Origin: Bugula neritina
Lineage: Eukaryota; Animalia; Bryozoa
Reading direction: 5' to 3'
Assembly (NCBI GenBank): GCA_964035545.1
Contig: OZ037768.1
Span: 1,542,384 to 1,606,383 of the forward strand
Length of the DNA: 64,000 nt
Of the stretch, positions 1-11,100 are shown piece after piece. The notes under the pieces were generated by a model that was given only the letters and a program-made list of their open reading frames with translations, was not told the DNA's origin and searched no databases. The translations under genes were made by a program, and so were the position numbers. How positions within the stretch are numbered: position 1 is the stretch's first letter; each line of letters opens with the position of its first letter.

Positions 1-471
1 CTCAAATCATCTGAAGCCATTCTTTTACGGGTCTGTTTTATGCAATTTTATTATTAATGTTGAGCGAAATGAAATCAGATGTGCTCTAATTCATGCAACT
101 TTCTTATTGATTTTGGATTCATCTTTGTTAAAAATATAAGAAATTAGGTTTAGTGGCATCAAATATTGCTCAATTGTAACAAACATTAATGATTTAGCAT
201 TTAGCAGTTGATTGTCTGAAACTTACAATTGATTTCATGTACAAAATGGATTAAATGTAGTCCTACATTATACACTGTATTACTAAATAATATGCTTACT
301 GTATTACCTTAGAATATACTGTATTACTTGGAACATAATGTATCATTATAAAGCAAAATATTATAACATTTAGTAATATATGTAAAAACACATTACAGCA
401 ATATTCTAATTTCTATTGCGGGTGTTACGTGATATTGTACATTTGACAAAATTTGTCATCAATTATTGCAG

Positions 472-666
472 GGTTTAAAAGAACCTCCTGCAGGAAATGA
501 TGAAGAACAACAAATCTACCATCTTGCTATTAATTGGAGGGGCGGTCTGCTAAAGTACCGGCACAATGAAACTCTCTACTCGGATGTCAATGACCTCGGG
601 CTACGTGTTGTTTCCCAAAACTCTGGTGGCCCTCGTTTAGCTGAGATATGTCATATCAGAAAATAG
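472..666 (+). CDS. Probable terminal coding exon of an unidentified upstream gene
   Basis: Acceptor ttgcag| at 471, then an open frame GLKEPPAG...ICHIRK* that is more GC-rich than its flanks. The product is not recognised. Confidence 0.5.
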   Translation, partial: GLKEPPAGNDEEQQIYHLAINWRGGLLKYRHNETLYSDVNDLGLRVVSQNSGGPRLAEICHIRK

Positions 667-2183
667 TGACATGAATGCAACAAAGTGGTAGCTCATTACG
701 ACTTTTTAACAGCTAAAAAGCTGTTAAAATTTTACACCAATATTCCTTGTACTGTGGCACTGCCTTTTTAATAGTGGTATTCAGTCTTATCACTTATGTT
801 GAAAACAACTTTATTTATGGCGTTAAAAGTGTTGTTAAAAAGTTCAGGTAATTTTGATTCTGTTGCTTTATTATTGTTTTGTAACTCAAAAGCTGTGTGT
901 TTATAATATTTTGTATTATTTTTGTCATTTAGTGATCATTTGATATGTTTAAACAAATATAAATCCGTCCTTATTTAAAATTGTGTAATCAATGATTTAT
1001 GTGTGTGTTTAAATGATGCGAAACTTTGCCTAACAGTTAAATTAGAGTTATTTCCTCTTATAAACACTCGCGCAATTTCATATCAAGTTGGCTCATAAAA
1101 AGCCTGTGATCCTAGATTTTTTCAAATAGTCTGGGTTTCCGATTGAACATTATGTTAGTAAGCAGCAGCTAAGCGACGTAAGCTATTGTGAAAGCTTGCT
1201 AAGTTAGCAGAATGTTCAGCGAGTTCACGGTTATAGCCATAGTAACTATGCCGCTGTTGCATGTAACGGAATAGAATCAATTTATAATAATTATTAATTT
1301 AGAACAAACCTTTTTCTTTAAAAGATATTTATTGTTATAAAAAAATGAAATTTGAAAACCAATTACCTGAAAGTAATACTGCAAAACTAATTTTTTTTCA
1401 GGTAAAAATAATTCATCATTTGTGACCAGCAAAGTGAGTATGTGAATGTTGAATTACTATCACTTAATCACTATCAGTATGAGTATGAGTATCAGTCTGT
1501 GACTGCCACTATCAGAATCAGTATGAGTATTACCATGACTATAAAGTATAAGTGTTATAATGTTCATAACTGATACTAACAGTATTACTATTATTTCTGT
1601 TTCTTTTTTAAATTGAAAAAAATTCTTGTAATAATAATATTAATATATCATTCGACTTAGTTTGGAGTTAATAAAGTTAAACTACTTGAAGATCACAATG
1701 TAAGTTTTAATCAGTACACAAATTAACTTTCCTAGCTGATAAAAAATTAAGATTATAAAATTTTATTAAGTAGTTTTGGATGTTAAACCTTATTAGTTGA
1801 AGTATGTCGAAATTAGCATCACCCACTCTTTCATACTTATAGTGGCATGTGATTTATATAATCTGGGGATTAATAATGACCAAATGCTAAAAGGAATGGT
1901 ATAATATCAATATGACAAAGCTATAAGAAGTTATTATAAGAAAGAAAATATAATAAAGAACTGAGTGATAGCAGTATAGGACCAAATAATAAATAATGAG
2001 AGTCAGAGAACAAAAATTTCAATAAATGTAGAATTTTAGTGAGTGTATAAAAAGATTAAATAATGAGTAGATTTTGATAATCTGTCACTCAGTAAATATA
2101 ATCATTTAAGTATTTATTACTAGATTTTCATTATATATTCTTGCATGGTTCGCCACTAATTTTGGTCCTAATATGTTTTAGAT

Positions 2184-5100
2184 ATGAAATTGGTACCAGA
2201 ATATGGATGTTTTATATGCGTTTGCATATCTGTTTGCTCATGTCTGACTGCGCATGAATCAAGGAATTTATGTTTATTTAAAAATGTACTCCAAACTTAC
2301 ACTGGTGATCGGCCCAGTGTTGTCCAAGCCAAACACATTAATCAGCTGTTTAATGCTATTGAACATCATGACCACCATAGTGAAATTGACCCGACCTTTT
2401 GTTCCGATAAAAATACAGCTTCGCATAATAATGATTCAAATGGAGTTGATACTTGTAGCTCATCACATTTCAACATTGAAGCCCACATGGTAAGCATAGC
2501 ATGCAAGTTGTAATTTTTGTTGTCAGCAAAAGGGAAATTTGTTTACAAAACACTGGTTTTAAAGAAGTTATCGAAGTTTTCTTTTAAAAATAACAAGGTT
2601 ACAAATAAGAGCCAAAGATTCAAAATGTATATAAACTATAGTACCAGATCACTGCTGGTTACTTGAATGTGACGTAATAAAAAATTTCTATAAAATATTT
2701 AAATTTAGTCCATAAATTTAAAAGAAAATAAATACAGTAATTTGTTTTACAGTCTGCATCAAAGCTGCATGTAGGCTAGTACCATATTTTACTGATGCAG
2801 TGACTTATTACTAGGTAATTTTTTTCAACTAAAACACCAACAAATGTATTTTTGCACTTTTACAAATAATGCCATCATACTGCTTGTGTTGGGTAGTTAT
2901 ATGTTAGTGTTATATAATCAATTCAGTAATTGAATGTTTAATTAAGTCAATATTCTCTAGGTTTTGTAGTTCTGTATATTTTATTTGTAAGTTGTTTACT
3001 CTATATACAAAAAGGCATTAGCCTTGCTATTCCTGTAAATTTAAAATTTTCTTAGATTTTGATATACCCAGTGCTTGGTTTTTTATATGGTTAAATTATT
3101 ATACTACCTGTGATAAAGTTCTCAGCAATTCTTATTTTGAGCTGTAAGGTACAACAACTCCCAAAAATATTTATCACATTATTGCGGTCTATTTTCTTAA
3201 TAGTAGCTATTAATAAATACTATGCACTTTGTACTCGCATATTACTATTGTCATGAACTCAATGTCACACTATGTTTAAAGCCTGCAGTTTTAAAATTAT
3301 CTGCCAACTTTCATTTTAGCAATCGGTACCGGAATATAAAATATTGGTTGACAATGACGATAATAACGCAAACAGCAACATTTCTGTTGAGGAAATGACA
3401 GCTATTTGTCCTCTGCTACTACTTCAATTATCCAGAGCTACTACCTGTGCTGATCATTTACTCGACCTACAACCATCATCTACAAAAAGTATAACAGAAA
3501 CCTCTGCCACTGGTAAAGCAATTCATCAAATTTCTAGTTTCTTATCAACTATAGTCGAACAAAGTTTTTAACATTTTGCCTAAATTTCTGCTTTCCTATA
3601 ATATAAAGTGTTGCATCTATCTTTATATGTTTAATATTATCCGATGAATTAATGTTGGATTTTTAACTCTAATTCATTTCATTACTTGTTACCAAGCAGT
3701 AGATTAAGTTTAAATAAAACATTATATACGACTTTGCTTTTTTCCAGCTTGGTTGGCAGGCATTGGAGCCGTGATGATTATATCCACAGTTGGAGTGCTA
3801 TTACTGGCAGTTCTTCCCATGATCAAGAAGTCTATGTTTGTCACCCAGATGCAGTTCTTGATAGCCTTAGCTGTTGGCACTTTAGTCGGGGACGCCTTGC
3901 TGCACCTCCTACCACATGTAAACAAACTTTTAAACTCAAATCTGTTACTGTACAGCTGCTTCTGAGAACACTTTTTAGTTATGAATATAAAGAAATATTG
4001 AAATGTATAAAATTCGAAGTATAAATTCACAATGAAAACTGAAAGATATTGTTTCGTAGTAACTGACACGCTCTACTTGATTTAAATTATCTTGTAGGCT
4101 TTTGCGGAACAGCATGATGATGACGACTCCCACATGGTCACTGAAATGGAAATGCACGTGCATGTTTGGAAAGGTCTTGTTGCATTTTCTGGAATTTATT
4201 TTTTCTTCAACGCTGAAAAAGTTTTGGGGGTCTTGATGTTGAATAAGAACAAAAAAGAGAACAAAGTGAGTGGTTAGTTTGATCAAAGTTTATGGCCACA
4301 GAATGTAGTTTGTATGCAGTTTGGAGGAGTAGTTGGCACTTACTAGCTGTGAGATATTGTGATGCTACAGCTGCGAGCACTTCCTACTGCAAACCAATCT
4401 AAATATTGTGCGATGACTCATGTTTATGAGTATTGTGGAAATTGCCTGCTCATAATTTAAACTAGCAGCATCTTTAACTCCAGTAAATCTTAGAACAAGT
4501 GCAGAAAATATCTTTAAATATAAATGAAAACATTTTACGAGAAATTCATGTTTCTATACCAACTCACTGTTCAATTTAAAACTATTTGATGACTTGATAT
4601 TTGAATGAGTCATTGCTAAGTAAAGGGGATATAATTAGTGTTTACAACAAATTAGTTTGTCAACTGATTTCTTCAGGATAGGCACTTGGAAACGGAGTCC
4701 ATAGATTCATGCGGGACTTGTTCAGCTGTCCCCATTATTGTCAGTCACAACAGAGAAGGTGAGCAAGCACTCTCTTAGCAACATCCACACACAGTGACTC
4801 AGGATTTCATAAAGTGAAATCTAACTTGTAATTCTCAAAATAGTAGATACTTGTGTTGAAAAAACCCAAAAATGATGAAGATTTTTGTCTTTCTTGGGTC
4901 AAACGCTGTTAGTTTACCAGAAATTTTGTTCTGTGATATTGTGATAGATTATGCCTTGGTTTATTCTTTTGTTCAATAATGTTAATTGGGGTCCGAAATT
5001 CGGAGTTCCGAATTTCGGCTTGACCGAAGATCGGTTCCCCCGATCTTCGGGCCTGCCGAATTTCGGAGCTACCGAACTTCGGGCCACACACACAAAAGAT

Positions 5101-8100
5101 TCTTTGTTTTATGTTCTTTTGTTCGCTGTATATAAAAGCAGGCGAGTTACGGTGTAAAGCCAGTCTACTACTGGAGCTCGCCTGGACAAGTTGACATTAT
5201 TTTTCTAATACAATAAACATTTGGAACTCTACTACTTCAACCTATCTTGTTCTGCACTAAGTTACATTCAACCCACAAGTTTATCACATTGGTGGCAGCG
5301 GTGGGATTCTGAATACTAGTGTAAGAAGAACAAGATGGCTCCAGGGGGTGAGGAGGCGACCCCTGGAGCAGCCGCGACACCAACCCTCACTGTGGAGGCT
5401 TTGGTGACAGCCCTCCGACAGTTGCAGGGGACAGGGCAGGCGCCACCTGGTGACAGGTACCGCCTCAGTCCCCCAACTTTTGGAGGTGATGGGGATGTGG
5501 AGCAATTCATCCGGGAGTTCCAGGACGTGGCCACCATCGCTGAATGGCCAGTGCCGGTGCGCGTCCTCCAACTCCGGGCCTGTTTGACAGGCCGGGCCAA
5601 GAGTTTCGCTCTGGGGCCCGATGAAGCACACATCTTACGTGCCCTAAGGGCCAGGTTTGGCATGACGTCAGAGGAGGCGTCTGACCGCCTACAGGCCCTG
5701 AGAAGGGACAGGAGGACATCGTTGGAGGACCACGCCAATGTGGTGGAACGCTTGGCCCAGGCTGCTTTCAGCCAGGCTACCGGAACGGAAAGACAGCGCC
5801 TGGTGTACAACGCGTTTTTTCGGAGTATAAATCATCCTGACCTCCAACGCTATTGGATGGCTAGCAAGGTGGGCAGCCTGGACGAAGCTCTGGAAACGGG
5901 TAAAGCCTATTTCCAGGTAGAGGAGCTTCAGGGACCAAGATTCGCCGCCCGCCAGGTGGTCGATGAGGAGACCGCCCTGCCTGCTAAACCCCAAGTAGCG
6001 GCCGCAGCAACTAAATCACTCGAGCAGACGCAGCTCACCATGTTAATGGACATGATGAAAGGCCTGCAGGCTACAGTGACGAAGTTGCAGAGCGAACAGG
6101 CGGATAGGCGGGCTCCCCGTTCGCGGGACAACCCTGTCCGCCCATCTCTGCTAACCTGTTGGGGGTGCGGGGTGCAAGGGCATGTGAGGAGGCACTGCCC
6201 TAGAGGCCAAGGGCCTTTAAACACCCAAGGCTCACGGTAACTTCCGCCAACCGTGGGCCTCACGCCAATCCCATCCGGGATAGGACTCGAAGAGGAGAAG
6301 AAGAGACCTCCACAGGGTCTGCCGATACCGAGTGGCAGAGGCCACGGAGATCTCGGAGACCGCAAGGTCTACCCGATCCTCCGGCCGTGTCACTCGAGAC
6401 CCGGATGCAGCTAGAAGAAGCAGGATGGCAGGCACCTCGGAGATCTCGGAGACCGCAAGGTCTACCCGATCCTCCGGCCTGGCCACTCCAGAACCGGTTC
6501 GCGGGGTTGCCCGAGGAGGTTGTGGAAGAGGATTCAGCTTACTCGCAAGAGTACCCCAAGCTACCCTCCCGACCTCAGAAAACCCCCGTTGTCTCTAAGA
6601 CAAAGAGGAGGCCCGCTGTGCGGACCCAAGTTGTGTCTCCCCCAGAGACTAACCGCTCCAGGAGCACCCAGCCGTATGGAAGCAGCTACTTCCTGCCCGG
6701 AAAGATTTCGGGTAAAGCTGCCACATTCCTACTGGATACTGGGTGCACTACCAACCTGCTGAGTAGGCGTCTCTTTGACACCCTTGGTGCACGAGAGCGG
6801 GCGAGCCTCGAGCCGTATGAAGGTGCGCATGGTACGTTGGCGGACGGATCATGCATTCCTTTCTACGGCATCATTTCACTACCTGGACGCGTTCGTGATC
6901 AAGCAATTCATGAGACGTTCATAGTCAGCCAGCTGAAGGAGGACGCCATCCTGGGAATGCCGTTTCTGGAGAAACACCAGTGTCACATGGATTTCCAGAA
7001 GTCAGTGGTGGTGATGGCTGGGAAGGAACTTGTCTGCGTCGAGGGGAGGCCCTTGGTGGGCGGAGTCCAGGTAGTGCGGGACTGCACAGTTCCGGGGAGA
7101 TCCCAGGCGACCCTTCGCTGCAGAGTCAACTGCAAAGGGATCGCCGACCTGGGGGTGGTTGAGGGAACGCACGGAGCGATCTGACTAGCAAACAGCCTGA
7201 ATCGGCTAGATGGTCGGCAAGAGCTCCTCGTGCAGTGTATCAACCCCTTCACGGAACCTGTCCAATTATCGGCCGGAGCACTGGTGGGGAAGTACCACTC
7301 CATCCAGGAAGCGGATGTGGGTCCGGCACTGGAGACAGTGGCCGACACCCAGGGGAACCCCCTTCACACCAGACGAGGAGCAGTCCCGGAGCATATGGCT
7401 GACCTGTATGATGGAGCGTGTGGAAACTGTACAAGTAGTACTGAACGCCAAGTACTGGCTCAACTACTTGCGGAGTACAGTGATGTCTTCAGTCGTGGCG
7501 ATAGAGACATGGGGCTGACCAAGGTCATCTCCCACGAGATACCCCTGGCAGCCGGCACCACTCCCATCAGGCAGCCTACCCGGCGTCTAGGCCCGGAGAA
7601 GGAGAAGGAGGTGAGCCGACAGGTACAGGATCTTCTTGACCGGGATCTGATTGAGCCTGCCCACGGTGCGTGGAGCTCTCCAGTAGTCCTGGTCAAGAAG
7701 AAAGATGGTAGCTGGAGGTTCTGTGTGGACTACCGCAGACTCAACAGCGTTACTATCCAAGACGCCTACCCTCTCCCTCGGATAGATGAGTCTCTGGATG
7801 CCCTCGCGGGTAGCAAGTACTTCAGTACTTTGGATCTGCTTAGCGGGTACTGGCAAGTGCCTCTCAGTCCTGATGCCCAGGACAAAGCAGCATTCATTAC
7901 TCGCGACGGGCTCTGGAAGTGGAAAGTACTGCCATTTGGACTAACGTCCGCCCCGGCAACTTTCCAACGGCTCATGGAGCAGGTCCTCAGTGGATTACAC
8001 TGGAAGACCCTCCTCATCTATCTGGACGACGTCATTGTCATCTCCCCAGACTTTTCGACTCATGTCAGTCGTCTGCGGGAGGTCTTTGACCGCCTCCGGG

Positions 8101-11100
8101 CAGCTGGACTCAAGCTGAAGCCCTCCAAGTGTGCACTCTTGCAGCCGGAAGTCACGTACCTGGGTCATGTGGTGGGCCGTGATGGGGTTGCTACCGACCC
8201 AGAGAAGGTACAGGCTGTGAAGGAGTGGACTGTCCCCCGTGACCTCCCTGAGTTGCGCGCATTCTTGGGCCTAGTAGGGTACTACCGGCAGTACATACCT
8301 GGCTTCGCAGGAGTGGCTCAGCCGTTAAATCGGCTGACCGCAAAAGGGGTCCGGTGGCAGTGGACGCAGGAGGAGCAGCAGGCATTCGACCACCTCAAGC
8401 AACGTCTAATGGAGGCGCCAATTCTGGCGTATCCTGATCCAGCCAAGGAGTACATCCTGGACACCGACGCCAGTGACCACAGCGTGGGAGCCGTCCTGTC
8501 TCAAGTCCAGGGTGGAAGTGAGGTGGTCGTGGCTTACTATAGCAAGACTCTCGCGGCCGCCGAGAAGAACTACTGCACCACTAGGAAGGAACTCCTAGCA
8601 GTAGTCAAGGCGGTCAAACACTTTCGGCCATATCTGTATGGGAAATCGTTCCGTTTGCGAACAGACCATGCATCACTGATATGGCTGTGTAAACGTACAG
8701 AGCCCTCGAGCCAGGTGGCTCGTTGGCTAGAGATTCTTGCCGAGTTCTCTTACCGTATAGAGCACCGTGCAGGCCGGAAGCATGGGAACGCCGACGGCAT
8801 GAGCCGGCGGCCGGTAGAGAACTGTAAGCAATGCCTGCACATTGAACAGCGGGACGGGGGACCCGCTCGCCTTGACGTGGAAACAGAGCTAGTGGAGGGC
8901 ACCGCCTACCGGTGGGAGCACGGCCATCTTCGGACCGAAACCCACCAGGACGGTGTCCAGGCGCTCCACGCCAACCCTACTCTGCACCAGAACGTCAAGG
9001 AGCTGTGCCGACTCCAGGAGACGCTACCCGGCGCGGTAGCGGACATCTTCCGGGCCAAGAAGGAGGGCCGACGACCTAGCGAGGAACAGCAGCGGCAGGG
9101 AGACGTTGAGTTCCAACTCCTCTGTCGTCGCTGGGATGCCCTCAAGGTCAGTCCTGATGGCCTCCTGATGATAACGTTAGCAGCAGACAACCGCCAGCAG
9201 AAGAGGGACCGCGTCGTCTGTCCACGCGCCCTCCGGCGGGAACTGATCTGGGACACCCATAAGCAGGCTCATGCTGGAGTCAGTCGGGTCATCAGGTGTC
9301 TGCGGCTGCGTTGGTATTGGCCCGGAATGACTCGGGACGTACGACTGCGGGTACGGCAATGCGAGGTCTGCCAAGCTAGCAAGCATGGCCGCCCTACGGA
9401 AACCACTGGTCGACGCCGGCTGTACGCTGGTCGACCGTGGCAAGTAGTGGCGGTAGACCTCGTCGGGCCTATGCCGTTATCCGCCAGAGGGAACACCTGG
9501 ATACTGGTGCTCACGGACCACTTTACCCGGTGGGCGGATGCTCTGGCTATTCCAGACGCAACCGCCCCCACGGTGGCCCGGACCCTGGACCAACATGTGT
9601 TCTGTTACCTCGGTTTACCCGAGCAGATACATACGGACCAGGGCGCCCAGTTCCAGTCCCAGCTCATGGGAGACCTCTGCCGGATATGGGGGGTGAACCA
9701 GAGTCGGACCACCCCATATCACCCACAAGGGAACGGAGTCGTCGAGCGGAACAACAGGATGTTGGGTGACGCCCTCAGGAGCCTGCTCCTTGGTCGAGGT
9801 CAGGAAGAATGGGACGTGGTGCTGCCACAAATCATGCGGGCTTACCGCAGCACACCACACTCCACCACACAGGAGACCCCAAACTTCCTGATGCTAGGCC
9901 GGGAAACGCGGGTTCCGGAACACCTGACATACCATGTTCCCGCCCCCGAATCACCGGTACATGAGTACGTAGAAAGACTGACAGAGATCATGGGTAAAGC
10001 CCATGATGCACTGCGGGCCCAGCAGTGGCAGATCCGCACAGAGGACTCAGAAGAGCCCCCATTGTATCAGGTGGGAGACTGGGTCTGGATGGTGAGCTAT
10101 CGTAGGCGTCGCGGACAGTCGGCTAAACTTCAGCCCAAGTTCGTGGGTCCCTACTGCGTGGTGGAGGTGCTGGCCAACCACACATACCGTGTGGAGCGCT
10201 CTGGACAGGTCTCAGTCCAGAGCGAACAGCGCCTGAAACCATACCATGCCAGCCCAGACGCGGTGGGTCAGGCTCCACCCCTCCTGGAGCCCAACCGCCA
10301 GCCTAACCAGCGGGGGAGAGTCACCCGGCCCCGGGAGGTGGAAATTGTCATCCGAAGGGAGGCAGAACAGGAGCAGGCTGCCCTACGAGAACAGTTGGAA
10401 CAACAACAGAGGCAGGAGCAGCAGCAGCAACACGCCCCAGAGCCACCACCCCTCTTGGGGGAGGACACCCCCACCCGTATTACGGGTGAAGGCGGGGACC
10501 CCCCTACGGTGGCAACTGAGGAGCAACTGGCACCACCAGCACCCGCACCGCTGGAAAGGAGCCAGCGAGCGAGGAAACCACCCGGATATCTGGTAGACTA
10601 TCACATAGGACACCTAGGGTTGCCCCCCCCAAGTGGGAATCCATCTGTCCAGGGCCATTATTCCTCCTTAGTTAGTAAATTCTTCCACCCTCCTGGAGAA
10701 TCACTACAAAAAGGAACAGTTGCAAACCGAAATTCGGAGGGCACGCGATTGTCTGAGTTGTCCCTTCAAAACTCGATGGGAATTCCCCACGATCGCGTAG
10801 CAGGTAAAAATATTGAAACACGAGGCTCGGCTATTTGCACTACTACTAACCCACTAGTAACACGCAATTTTAAAGCTGAAACTTGTAATCGAATTAATCA
10901 CAAATTGGATATGGGTATTACTCTTCCCGGTAACAACACTACAAACACAGGTATTTCATTAGAGTCAGAGCCTCCCGTACCGGAGTCTGACTCAACTGTA
11001 ATTAATTGGGCTAGTTTAGATTTGTTAGAATCTAGTTTATTAACGGAGGAAGTCGATGTGAGTTTTGGAGAAGACTCTCTAAATGAGTTTTTATTAGACC

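Noticed and set aside
4993-5082. LTR palindrome array as a mini-CRISPR
   Set aside because: Repeats are 11 bp and spacers 4-5 bp, far too short; the array lies within an LTR U3.
4951-5157. 68-aa ORF duplicated at 12387-12593
   Set aside because: Incidental ORF inside the LTRs.
7182-7184. TGA as selenocysteine
   Set aside because: No SECIS element recognised, and the position is not a catalytic Cys site.
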